Shown: positions 39,601-54,600 of the stretch, one piece after another
How positions within the stretch are numbered: the stretch's first letter is position 1
How the letters are laid out: each line of letters starts with the position of its first letter
Assembly: GCF_963853765.1 (NCBI RefSeq)
Contig: NC_088857.1
Location: forward strand, 9,796,001-9,860,000
Origin: Magallana gigas
Taxonomy: Eukaryota
Reading direction: 5' to 3'
Length of the DNA: 64,000 nucleotides
Notes under the pieces: generated by a model
Database searches by the model: none
What the model was told of the DNA's origin: nothing
Seen by the model: the letters and a program-made list of their open reading frames with translations, nothing else
Translations under genes and position numbers: made by a program

Positions 39601-42600
39601 CACCACAACTGAGGCCACCACTACCTCAACAGCGGAAACGACTACAACTACAACAAGTACTCCAGAGACGACTTCGACAAGTACGTCTACAACCACAGCT
39701 TTGCCAACGAGCACAAGCACAACTGTGGCCCCAACTACTTCATCAACAACACTGAGCAGCACTGCAAGTACAAGTACGGAGAGTAGCAGCACTTCTACTA
39801 GTACTCCATCCAGTACAACAACTGAGGCTCCTTCTACTTTAGCAGAACAAATGACTACTACCACAACCCCAGAAAGTACAACAGCTTCTACAAGCACCAC
39901 CACGCCTTCAACGACAACCACCACTCAGGTTCCATCTACAACAACTGAAAGTAGCACAACAACAACAAGTACACAACCCCCAACGAGTACAAGCACAACA
40001 ACTGAGGCCACCACTACCTCAACAACGGAAACGACTACAACTACAACAACTACTCCAGAGACGACTTCGACAAGTACGTCTACAACCACAGCTTTGCCAA
40101 CGAGCACAAGCACAACTGAAGCCCCAACTACTTCATCAACAACACTGAGCAGCACTGCAAGTACAAGTACGGAGAGTAGCAGCACTTCTACTAGTACTCC
40201 ATCCAGTACAACAACTGAGGCTCCTTCTACCACAACCGAACAAATGACTACTACCACAACCCCAGAAAGTACAACAGCTTCTACAAGCACCACCACGCCT
40301 TCAACGACAACCACCACTCAGGTTCCATCTACAACAACTGAAAGTAGCACAACATCAACAAGTACACAGCCCCCAACGAGTACAAGCACCACAACTGAGG
40401 CCACCACTACCTCAACAACAGAAACGACTACAACTACAACAAGTACTCCAGAGACGACTTCAACAAGTACGTCTACAACCACAGCTTTGCCAACGAGCAC
40501 AAGCACAACTGAAGCCCCAACTACTTCATCAACAACACTGAGCAGCACTGCAAGTACAAGTACGGAGAGTAGCAGCACTTCTACTAGTACTCCATCCAGT
40601 ACAACAACTGAGGCTCCTTCTACTTTAGCAGAACAAATGACTACTACCACAACCCCAGAAAGTACAACAGCTTCTACAAGCACCACCACGCCTTCAACGA
40701 CACCCACCACTAAGGTTCCATCTACAACAACTGAAAGTAGCACAACATCAACAAGTACACAACCCCCAACGAGTACAAGCACCACAACTGAGGCCACCAC
40801 TACCTCACCAACGGAAACGACTACAACTACAACAAGTACTCCAGAGACGACTTCGACAAGTACGTCTACAACCACAGCTTTGCCAACGAGCACAAGCACA
40901 ACTGAAGCCCCAACCACTTCATCAACAACACTGAGCAGCACTGCAAGTACAAGTACGGAGAGTAGCAGCACTTCTACTAGTACTCCATCCAGTACAACAA
41001 CTGAGGCTACTTCTACCACAACCGAACAAATGACTACTACCACAACCCCAGAAAGTACAACAGCTTCTACAAGCACCACCACGCCTTCAACGACAACCAC
41101 CACCCAGGTTCCATCTACAACAACTGAAAGTAGCACAACATCAACAAGTACACAACCCCCAACGAGTACAAGAACCACAACTGAGGCCACCACTACCTCA
41201 CCAACGGAAACGACTACAACTACAACAAGTACTCCAGAGACGACTTCGACAAGTACGTCTACAACCACAGCTTTGCCAACGAGCACAAACACAACTGAAG
41301 CCCCAACTACTTCATCAACAACACTGAGCAGCACTGCAAGTACACGTACGGAGAGTAGCAGCACTTCTACTAGTACTCCATCCAGTACAACAACTGAGGC
41401 TCCTTCTACCACAACCGAACAAATGACTACTACCACAACCCCAGAAAGTACAACAGCTTCTACAAGCACCACCACGCCTTCAACGACAACCACCACTCAG
41501 GTTCCATCTACAACAACTGAAAGTAGCACAACATCAACAAGTACACAACCCCCAACGAGTACAAGCACCACAACTGAGGCCACCACTACCTCACCAACGG
41601 AAACGACTACAACTACAATAAGTACTCCAGAGACGACTTCGACAAGTACGTCTACAACCACAGCTTTGCCAACGAGCACAAGCACAACTGAAGCCCCAGC
41701 TACCTTATCAACAACACTGAGCAGCACTGCAAGTACAAGTACGGAGAGTAGCAGCACTTCTACTAGTACTCCATCCAGTACAACAACTGAGGCTCCTTCT
41801 ACCACAACCGAACAAATGACTACTACCACAACCCCAGAAAGTACAACAGCTTCTTCAAGCACCACCACGCCTTCAACGACAACCACCACTCAGGTTCCAT
41901 CTACAACAACTGAAAGTAGCACAACAACAACAAGTACACAACCCCCAACGAGTACAAGCACCACAACTGAGGCCACCACTACCTCAACAACGGAAACGAC
42001 GTCAACTACAACAAGTACTCCAGAGACAACTTCGACAAGTATGTCTACAACCACAGCTTTGCCAACGAGCACAAGCACAACTGAAGCCCCAACTACTTCA
42101 TCAACAACACTGAGCAGCACTGCAAGTACAAGTACGGAGAGTAGCAGCACTTCTACTAGTACTCCATCCAGTACAACAACTGAGGCTCCTTCTACTTTAG
42201 CAGAACAAATGACTACTACCACAACCCCAGAAAGTACAACAGCTTCTACAAGCACCACCACGCCTTCAACGACAACCACCACTCAGGTTCCATCTACAAC
42301 AACTGAAAGTAGCACAACATCAACAAGTACACAACCCCCAACGAGTACAAGCACCACAACTGAGGCCACCACTACCTCACCAACGGAAACGACTACAACT
42401 ACAACAAGTACTCCAGAGACGACTTCGACAAGTACGTCTACAACCACAGCTTTGCCAACGAGCACAAGCACAACTGAAGCCCCAACTACTTCATCAACAA
42501 CTCTGAGCAGCACTGCAAGTACAAGTACGGAGAGTAGCAGCACTTCTACTAGTACTCCATCCAGTACAACAACTGAGGCTCCTTCTACCACAACCGAACA

Positions 42601-45600
42601 AATGACTACTACCACAACCCCAGAAAGTACAACAGCTTCTACAAGCACCACCACGCCTTCAACGACAACCACCACTCAGGTTCCATCTACAACAACTGAA
42701 AGTAGCACAACATCAACAAGTACAGAACCCCCAACGAGTACAAGCACCACAACTGAGGCCACCACTACCTCAACAACGGAAACGACTACAACTACAACAA
42801 GTACTCCAGAGACGACTTCGACAAGTACGTCTACAACCACAGCTTTGCCAACGAGCACAATCACAACTGAAGCCCCAACTACTTCATCAACAACACTGAG
42901 CAGCACTGCAGGTACAAGTACGGAGAGTAGCAGCACTTCTACTAGTACTCCATCAAGTACAACAACTGAGGCTCCTTCTACTTTAGCAGAACAAATGAGT
43001 ACTACCACAACTCCAGAAAGTACAACAGCTTCTACAAGCACCACCACGCCTTCAACGACAACCACCACTCAGGTTCCATCTACAACAACTGAAAGTAGCA
43101 CAACATCAACAAGTACACAACCCCCAACGAGTACAAGCACCACAACTGAGGCCACCACTACCTCAACAGCGGAAACGACTACAACTACAACAAGTACTCC
43201 AGAGACGACTTCGACAAGTACGTCTACAACCACAGCTTTGCCAACGAGCACAAGCACAACTGTGGCCCCAACTACTTCATCAACAACACTGAGCAGCACT
43301 GCAAGTACAAGTACGGAGAGTAGCAGCACTTCTACTAGTACTCCATCCAGTACAACAACTGAGGCTCCTTCTACTTTAGCAGAACAAATGACTACTACCA
43401 CAACCCCAGAAAGTACAACAGCTTCTACAAGCACCACCACGCCTTCAACGACAACCACCACTCAGGTTCCATCTACAACAACTGAAAGTAGCACAACAAC
43501 AACAAGTACACAACCCCCAACGAGTACAAGCACAACAACTGAGGCCACCACTACCTCAACAACGGAAACGACTACAACTACAACAACTACTCCAGAGACG
43601 ACTTCGACAAGTACGTCTACAACCACAGCTTTGCCAACGAGCACAAGCACAACTGAAGCCCCAACTACTTCATCAACAACACTGAGCAGCACTGCAAGTA
43701 CAAGTACGGAGAGTAGCAGCACTTCTACTAGTACTCCATCCAGTACAACAACTGAGGCTCCTTCTACCACAACCGAACAAATGACTACTACCACAACCCC
43801 AGAAAGTACAACAGCTTCTACAAGCACCACCACGCCTTCAACGACAACCACCACTCAGGTTCCATCTACAACAACTGAAAGTAGCACAACATCAACAAGT
43901 ACACAGCCCCCAACGAGTACAAGCACCACAACTGAGGCCACCACTACCTCAACAACAGAAACGACTACAACTACAACAAGTACTCCAGAGACGACTTCAA
44001 CAAGTACGTCTACAACCACAGCTTTGCCAACGAGCACAAGCACAACTGAAGCCCCAACTACTTCATCAACAACACTGAGCAGCACTGCAAGTACAAGTAC
44101 GGAGAGTAGCAGCACTTCTACTAGTACTCCATCCAGTACAACAACTGAGGCTCCTTCTACTTTAGCAGAACAAATGACTACTACCACAACCCCAGAAAGT
44201 ACAACAGCTTCTACAAGCACCACCACGCCTTCAACGACACCCACCACTAAGGTTCCATCTACAACAACTGAAAGTAGCACAACATCAACAAGTACACAAC
44301 CCCCAACGAGTACAAGCACCACAACTGAGGCCACCACTACCTCACCAACGGAAACGACTACAACTACAACAAGTACTCCAGAGACGACTTCGACAAGTAC
44401 GTCTACAACCACAGCTTTGCCAACGAGCACAAGCACAACTGAAGCCCCAACCACTTCATCAACAACACTGAGCAGCACTGCAAGTACAAGTACGGAGAGT
44501 AGCAGCACTTCTACTAGTACTCCATCCAGTACAACAACTGAGGCTACTTCTACCACAACCGAACAAATGACTACTACCACAACCCCAGAAAGTACAACAG
44601 CTTCTACAAGCACCACCACGCCTTCAACGACAACCACCACCCAGGTTCCATCTACAACAACTGAAAGTAGCACAACATCAACAAGTACACAACCCCCAAC
44701 GAGTACAAGAACCACAACTGAGGCCACCACTACCTCACCAACGGAAACGACTACAACTACAACAAGTACTCCAGAGACGACTTCGACAAGTACGTCTACA
44801 ACCACAGCTTTGCCAACGAGCACAAACACAACTGAAGCCCCAACTACTTCATCAACAACACTGAGCAGCACTGCAAGTACACGTACGGAGAGTAGCAGCA
44901 CTTCTACTAGTACTCCATCCAGTACAACAACTGAGGCTCCTTCTACCACAACCGAACAAATGACTACTACCACAACCCCAGAAAGTACAACAGCTTCTAC
45001 AAGCACCACCACGCCTTCAACGACAACCACCACTCAGGTTCCATCTACAACAACTGAAAGTAGCACAACATCAACAAGTACACAACCCCCAACGAGTACA
45101 AGCACCACAACTGAGGCCACCACTACCTCACCAACGGAAACGACTACAACTACAATAAGTACTCCAGAGACGACTTCGACAAGTACGTCTACAACCACAG
45201 CTTTGCCAACGAGCACAAGCACAACTGAAGCCCCAGCTACCTTATCAACAACACTGAGCAGCACTGCAAGTACAAGTACGGAGAGTAGCAGCACTTCTAC
45301 TAGTACTCCATCCAGTACAACAACTGAGGCTCCTTCTACCACAACCGAACAAATGACTACTACCACAACCCCAGAAAGTACAACAGCTTCTTCAAGCACC
45401 ACCACGCCTTCAACGACAACCACCACTCAGGTTCCATCTACAACAACTGAAAGTAGCACAACAACAACAAGTACACAACCCCCAACGAGTACAAGCACCA
45501 CAACTGAGGCCACCACTACCTCAACAACGGAAACGACGTCAACTACAACAAGTACTCCAGAGACAACTTCGACAAGTATGTCTACAACCACAGCTTTGCC

Positions 45601-48600
45601 AACGAGCACAAGCACAACTGAAGCCCCAACTACTTCATCAACAACACTGAGCAGCACTGCAAGTACAAGTACGGAGAGTAGCAGCACTTCTACTAGTACT
45701 CCATCCAGTACAACAACTGAGGCTCCTTCTACTTTAGCAGAACAAATGACTACTACCACAACCCCAGAAAGTACAACAGCTTCTACAAGCACCACCACGC
45801 CTTCAACGACAACCACCACTCAGGTTCCATCTACAACAACTGAAAGTAGCACAACATCAACAAGTACACAACCCCCAACGAGTACAAGCACCACAACTGA
45901 GGCCACCACTACCTCACCAACGGAAACGACTACAACTACAACAAGTACTCCAGAGACGACTTCGACAAGTACGTCTACAACCACAGCTTTGCCAACGAGC
46001 ACAAGCACAACTGAAGCCCCAACTACTTCATCAACAACTCTGAGCAGCACTGCAAGTACAAGTACGGAGAGTAGCAGCACTTCTACTAGTACTCCATCCA
46101 GTACAACAACTGAGGCTCCTTCTACCACAACCGAACAAATGACTACTACCACAACCCCAGAAAGTACAACAGCTTCTACAAGCACCACCACGCCTTCAAC
46201 GACAACCACCACTCAGGTTCCATCTACAACAACTGAAAGTAGCACAACATCAACAAGTACAGAACCCCCAACGAGTACAAGCACCACAACTGAGGCCACC
46301 ACTACCTCAACAACGGAAACGACTACAACTACAACAAGTACTCCAGAGACGACTTCGACAAGTACGTCTACAACCACAGCTTTGCCAACGAGCACAATCA
46401 CAACTGAAGCCCCAACTACTTCATCAACAACACTGAGCAGCACTGCAGGTACAAGTACGGAGAGTAGCAGCACTTCTACTAGTACTCCATCAAGTACAAC
46501 AACTGAGGCTCCTTCTACTTTAGCAGAACAAATGAGTACTACCACAACTCCAGAAAGTACAACAGCTTCTACAAGCACCACCACGCCTTCAACGACAACC
46601 ACCACTCAGGTTCCATCTACAACAACTGAAAGTAGCACAACATCAACAAGTACACAACCCCCAACGAGTACAAGCACCACAACTGAGGCCACCACTACCT
46701 CACCAACGGAAACGACTACAACTACAACAAGTACTCCAGAGACGACTTCGACAAGTACGTCTACAACCACAGCTTTGCCAACGAGCACAAGCACAACTGA
46801 AGCCCCAACTACTTCATCAACAACACTGAGCAGCACTGCAAGTACACGTACGGAGAGTAGCAGCACTTCTACTAGTACTCCATCCAGTACAACAACTGAG
46901 GCTCCTTCTACCACAACCGAACAAATGACTACTACCAACACCCCAGAAAGTACAACAGCTTCTACAAGCACCACCACGCCTTCAACGACAACCACCACTC
47001 AGGTTCCATCTACAACAACTGAAAGTAGCACAACATCAACAAGTACAGAACCCCCAACGAGTACAAGCACCACAACTGAGGCCACCACTACCTCAACAAC
47101 GGAAACGACTACAACTACAACAAGTACTCCAGAGACGACTTCGACAAGTACGTCTACAACCACAGCTTTGCCAACGAGCACAAGCACAACTGAAGCCCCA
47201 ACTACTTCATCAACAACACTGAGCAGCACTGCAAGTACAAGTACGGAGAGTAGCAGCACTTCTACTAGTACTCCATCCAGTACAACAACTGAGGCTCCTT
47301 CTACCACAACCGAACAAATGACTACTACCAACACCCCAGAAAGTACAACAGCTTCTACAAGTGCCACCACGCCTTCAACGACAACCACCACTCAGGTTCC
47401 ATCTACAACAACTGAAAGTAGCACAATATCAACAAGTACACAACCCCCAACGAGTACAAGCACCACAACTGAGGCCACCACTACCTCAACAACGGAAACG
47501 ACTACAACTACAACAACTACTCCAGAGACGACTTCGACAAGTACGTCTACAACCACAGCTTTGCCAACGAGCACAAGCACAACTGAGGCCCCAACTACTT
47601 CATCAACAACACTGAGCAGCACATCAAGTACAAGTACGGAGAGTAGCAGCACTTCTACTAGTACTCCATCCAGTACAACAACTGAGGCTCCTTCTACTTT
47701 AGCAGAACAAATGACTACTACCACAACCCCAGAAAGTACAACAGCTTCTACAAGCACCACCACGCCTTCAACGACAACCACCACTCAGGTTCCATCTACA
47801 ACAACTGAAAGTAGCACAACATCAACAAGTACAGAACCCCCAACGAGTACAAGCACCACAACTGAGGCCACCACTACCTCACCAACGGAAACGACTACAA
47901 CTACAACAAGTACTCCAGAGACGACTTCGACAAGTACGTCTACAACCACAGCTTTGCCAACGAGCACAAGCACAACTGAAGCCCCAACTACTTCATCAAC
48001 AACACTGAGCAGCACTGCAAGTACAAGTACGGAGAGTAGCAGCACTTCTACTAGTACTCCATCCAGTACAACAACTGAGGCTCCTTCTACCACAACCGAA
48101 CAAATGACTACTACCACAACCCCAAAAAGTACAACAGCTTCTACAAGTGCCACCACGCCTTCAACGACAACCACCACTCAGGTTCCATCTACAACAACTG
48201 AAAGTAGCACAACATCAACAAGTACACAACCCCCAACGAGTACAAGCACCACAACTGAGGCCACCACTACCTCAACAACGGAAACGACTACAACTACAAC
48301 AAGTACTCCAGAGACGACTTCGACAAGTACGTCTACAACCACAGCTTTGCCAACGAGCACAAGCACAACTGAGGCCCCAACTACTTCATCAACAACACTG
48401 AGCAGCACTGCAAGTACAAGTACGGAGAGTAGCAGCACCTCTACTAGTACTCCATCCAGTACAACAACTGAGGCTCCTTCTACTTTAGCACAACAAATGA
48501 CTACTACCACAACCCCAGAAAGTACAACAGCTTCTACAAGTGCCACCACGCCTTCAACGACAACCACCACTCAGGTTCCATCTACAACAACTGAAAGTAG

Positions 48601-51600
48601 CACAATATCAACAAGTACACAACCCCCAACGAGTACAAGCACCACAACTGAGGCCACCACTACCTCAACAACGGAAACGACTACAACTACAACAACTACT
48701 CCAGAGACGACTTCGACAAGTACGTCTACAACCACAGCTTTGCCAACGAGCACAAGCACAACTGAGGCCCCAACTACTTCATCAACAACACTGAGCAGCA
48801 CATCAAGTACAAGTACGGAGAGTAGCAGCACTTCTACTAGTACTCCATCCAGTACAACAACTGAGGCTCCTTCTACTTTAGCAGAACAAATGACTACTAC
48901 CACAACCCCAGAAAGTACAACAGCTTCTACAAGCACCACCACGCCTTCAACGACAACCACCACTCAGGTTCCATCTACAACAACTGAAAGTAGCACAACA
49001 TCAACAAGTACAGAACCCCCAACGAGTACAAGCACCACAACTGAGGCCACCACTACCTCACCAACGGAAACGACTACAACTACAACAAGTACTCCAGAGA
49101 CGACTTCGACAAGTACGTCTACAACCACAGCTTTGCCAACGAGCACAAGCACAACTGAAGCCCCAACTACTTCATCAACAACACTGAGCAGCACTGCAAG
49201 TACAAGTACGGAGAGTAGCAGCACTTCTACTAGTACTCCATCCAGTACAACAACTGAGGCTCCTTCTACCACAACCGAACAAATGACTACTACCACAACC
49301 CCAAAAAGTACAACAGCTTCTACAAGTGCCACCACGCCTTCAACGACAACCACCACTCAGGTTCCATCTACAACAACTGAAAGTAGCACAACATCAACAA
49401 GTACACAACCCCCAACGAGTACAAGCACCACAACTGAGGCCACCACTACCTCAACAACGGAAACGACTACAACTACAACAAGTACTCCAGAGACGACTTC
49501 GACAAGTACGTCTACAACCACAGCTTTGCCAACGAGCACAAGCACAACTGAGGCCCCAACTACTTCATCAACAACACTGAGCAGCACTGCAAGTACAAGT
49601 ACGGAGAGTAGCAGCACCTCTACTAGTACTCCATCCAGTACAACAACTGAGGCTCCTTCTACTTTAGCACAACAAATGACTACTACCACAACCCCAGAAA
49701 GTACAACAGCTTCTACAAGCACCACCACGCCTTCAACGACAACCACCACTCAGGTTCCATCTACAACAACTGAAAGTAGCACAACATCAACAAGTACAGA
49801 ACCCCCAACGAGTACAAGCACCACAACTGAGGCCACCACTACCTCAACAACGGAAACGACTACAACTACAACAACTACTCCAGAGACGACTTCGACAAGT
49901 ACGTCTACAACCACAGCTTTGCCAACGAGCACAAGCACAACTGAAGCCCCAACTACTTCATCAACAACACTGAGCAGCACTGCAAGTACAAGTACGGAGA
50001 GTAGCAGCACTTCTACTAGTACTCCATCAAGTACAACAACTGAGGCTCCTTCTAGTTTAGCAGAACAAATGACTACTACCACAACCCCAGAAAGTACAAC
50101 AGCTTCTACAAGCACCACCACGCCTTCAACGACAACCACTACTCAGGTTCCATCTACAACAACTGAAAGTAGCACAACATCAACAAGTACACAACCCCCA
50201 ACAAGTACAAGCACCACAACTGAGGCCACCACTACCTCAACAACGGAAACGACTACAACTACAACAAGTACTCCAGAGACGACTTCGACAAGTACGTCTA
50301 CAACCACAGCTTTGCCAACGAGCACAAGCACAACTGAGGCCCCAACTACTTCATCAACAACACTGAGCAGCACTGCAAGTACAAGTACGGAGAGTAGCAG
50401 CACTTCTACTAGTACTCCATCCAGTACAACAACTGAGGCTCCTTCTACCACAACCGAACAAATGAGTACTACCACAACCCCAGAAAGTACAACAGCTTCT
50501 ACAAGCACCACCACGCCTTCAACGACAACCACCACTCAGGTTCCATCTACAACAACTGAAAGTAGCACAACATCAACAAGTACACAACCCCCAACGAGTA
50601 CAAGCACCACAACTGAGGCCACCACTACCTCAACAACGGAAACGACTACAACTATAACAAGTACTCCAGAGACGACTTCGACAAGTATGTCTACAACCAC
50701 AGCTTTGCCAACGAGCACAAGCACAACTGAAGCCCCAACTACTTCATCAACAACACTGAGCAGCACTGCAAGTACAAGTACGGAGAGTAGCAGCACTTCT
50801 ACTAGTACTCCATCAAGTACAACAACTGAGGCTCCTTCTAGTTTAGCAGAACAAATGACTACTACCACAACCCCAGAAAGTACAACAGCTTCTACAAGCA
50901 CCACCACGCCTTCAACGACAACCACTACTCAGGTTCCATCTACAACAACTGAAAGTAGCACAACATCAACAAGTACACAACCCCCAACAAGTACAAGCAC
51001 CACAACTGAGGCCACCACTACCTCAACAACGGAAACGACTACAACTACAACAAGTACTCCAGAGACGACTTCGACAAGTACGTCTACAACCACAGCTTTG
51101 CCAACGAGCACAAGCACAACTGAAGCCCCAACTACTTCATCAACAACACTGAGCAGCACTGCAAGTACAAGTACGGAGAGTAGCAGCACTTCTACTAGTA
51201 CTCCATCCAGTACAACAACTGAGGCTCCTTCTACCACAACCGAACAAATGAGTACTACCACAACCCCAGAAAGTACAACAGCTTCTACAAGCACCACCAC
51301 GCCTTCAACGACAACCACCACTCAGGTTCCATCTACAACAACTGAAAGTAGCACAACATCAACAAGTACACAACCCCCAACGAGTACAAGCACCACAACT
51401 GAGGCCACCACTACCTCAACAACGGAAACGACTACAACTACAACAAGTACTCCAGAGACGACTTCGACAAGTACGTCTACAACCACAGCTTTGCCAACGA
51501 GCACAAGCACAACTGAAGCCCCAACTACTTCATCAACAACACTGAGCAGCACTGCAAGTACAAGTACGGAGAGTAGCAGCACTTCTACTAGTACTCCATC

Positions 51601-54600
51601 CAGTACAACAACTGAGGCTCCTTCTACCACAACCGAACAAATGAGTACTACCACAACCCCAGAAAGTACAACAGCTTCTACAAGCACCACCACGCCTTCA
51701 ACGACAACCACCACCCAGGTTCCATCTACAACAACTGAAAGTAGCACAACATCAACAAGTACACAACCCCCAACGAGTACAAGCACCACAACTGAGGCCA
51801 CCACTACCTCAACAACGGAAACGACTACAACTACAACAAGTACTCCAGAGACGACTTCGACAAGTATGTCTACAATCACAGCTTTGCCAACGAGCACAAG
51901 CACAACTGAAGCCCCAACTACTTCATCAACAACACTGAACAGCACTGCAAGTACAAGTACGGAGAGTAGCAGCACTTCTACTAGTACTCCATCCAGTACA
52001 ACAACTGAGGCTCCTTCTACCACAACCGAACAAATGAGTACTACCACAACCCCAGAAAGTACAACAGCTTCTACAAGCACCACCACGCCTTCAACGACAA
52101 CCACCACTCAGGTTCCATCTACAACAACTGAAAGTAGCACAACATCAACAAGTACACAACCCCCAACGAGTACAAGCACCACAACTGAGGCCACCACTAC
52201 CTCAACAACGGAAACGACTACAACTACAACAAGTACTCCAGAGACGACTTCGACAAGTACGTCTACAACAACAGCTTTGCCAACGAGCACAAGCACAACT
52301 GAAGCCCCAACTACTTCATCAACAACACTGAGCAGCACTGCAAGTACAAGTACGGAGAGTAGCAGCACTTCTACTAGTACTCCATCAAGTTCAACAACTG
52401 AGGCTCCTTCTACCACAACCGTACAAATGACTACTATCACAACCCCAGAAAGTACAACAGCTTCTACAAGCACCACCACGCCTTCAACGACAACCACTAC
52501 TCAGGTTCCATCTACAACAACTGAAAGTAGCACAACATCAACAAGTACACAACCCCCAACAAGTACAAGCACCACAACTGAGGCCACCACTACCTCTACA
52601 ACGGAAACGACTACAACTACAACAAGTACTCCAGAGACGACTTCGACAAGTACGTCTACAACCACAGCTTTGCCAACGAGCACAAGCACAACTGAAGCCC
52701 CAACTACTTCATCAACAACACTGAGCAGCACTGCAAGTACAAGTACGGAGAGTAGCAGCACTTCTACTAGTACTCCATCCAGTACAACAACTGAGGCTCC
52801 TTCTACCACAACCGTACAAATGACTACTATCACAACCCCAGAAAGTACAACAGCTTCTACAAGCACCACCACGCCTTCAACGACAACCACCACTCAGGTT
52901 CCATCTACAACAACTGAAAGTAGCAAAGCATCAACAAGTACACAACCCCCAACGAGTAGAAGCACCACAACTGAGGCCACCACTACCTCAACAACGGAAA
53001 CGACTACAACTACAACAACTACTCCAGAGACGACTTCGACAAGTACGTCTACAACCACAGCTTTGCCAACGAGCACAAGCACAACTGAAGCCCCAACTAC
53101 TTCATCAACAACACTGAACAGCACTGCAAGTACAAGTACGGAGAGTAGCAGCACTTCTACTAGTACTCCATCAAGTACAACAACTGAGGCTCCTTCTAGT
53201 TTAGCAGAACAAATGACTACTACCACAACCCCAGAAAGTACAACAGCTTCTTCAAGCACCACCACGCCTTCAACGACAACCACCACTCAGGTTCCATCTA
53301 CAACAACTGAAAGTAGCACAACATCAACAAGTACACAACCCCCAACGAGTACAAGCACCACAACTGAGGCCACCACTACCTCAACAACGGAAACGACTAC
53401 AACTACAACAAGTACTCCAGAGACGACTTCGACAAGTACGTCTACAACCACAGCTTTGCCAACGAGCACAAGCACAACTGAGGCCCCAACTACTTCATCA
53501 ACAACACTGAGCAGCACTGCAAGTACAAGTTCGGAGAGTAGCAGCACCTCTACTAGTACTCCATCCAGTACAACAACTGAGGCTCCTTCTACTTTAGCAG
53601 AACAAATGACTACTACCACAACCCCAGAAAGTACAACAGCTTCTACAAGCACCACCACGCCTTCAACGACAACCACCACTCAGGTTCCATCTACAACAAC
53701 TGAAAGTAGCACAACATCAACAAGTACAGAACCCCCAACGAGTACAAGCACCACAACTGAGGCCACCACTACCTCAACAACGGAAACGACTACAACTACA
53801 ACAACTACTCCAGAGACGACTTCGACAAGTATGTCTACAACCACAGCTTTGCCAACGAGCACAAGCACAACTGAAGCCCCAACTACTTCATCAACAACAC
53901 TGAGCAGCACTGCAAGTACAAGTACGGAGAGTAGCAGCACTTCTACTAGTACTCCATCAAGTACAACAACTGAGGCTCCTTCTAGTTTAGCAGAACAAAT
54001 GACTACTACCACAACCCCAGAAAGTACAACAGCTTCTACAAGCACCACCACGCCTTCAACGACAACCACTACTCAGGTTCCATCTACAACAACTGAAAGT
54101 AGCACAACATCAACAAGTACACAACCCCCAACAAGTACAAGCACCACAACTGAGGCCACCACTACCTCAACAACGGAAACGACTACAACTACAACAAGTA
54201 CTCCAGAGACGACTTCGACAAGTACGTCTACAACCACAGCTTTGCCAACGAGCACAAGCACAACTGAGGCCCCAACTACTTCATCAACAACACTGAGCAG
54301 CACTGCAAGTACAAGTACGGAGAGTAGCAGCACTTCTACTAGTACTCCATCCAGTACAACAACTGAGGCTCCTTCTACCACAACCGAACAAATGAGTACT
54401 ACCACAACCCCAGAAAGTACAACAGCTTCTACAAGCACCACCACGCCTTCAACGACAACCACCACTCAGGTTCCATCTACAACAACTGAAAGTAGCACAA
54501 CATCAACAAGTACACAACCCCCAACGAGTACAAGCACCACAACTGAGGCCACCACTACCTCAACAACGGAAACGACTACAACTATAACAAGTACTCCAGA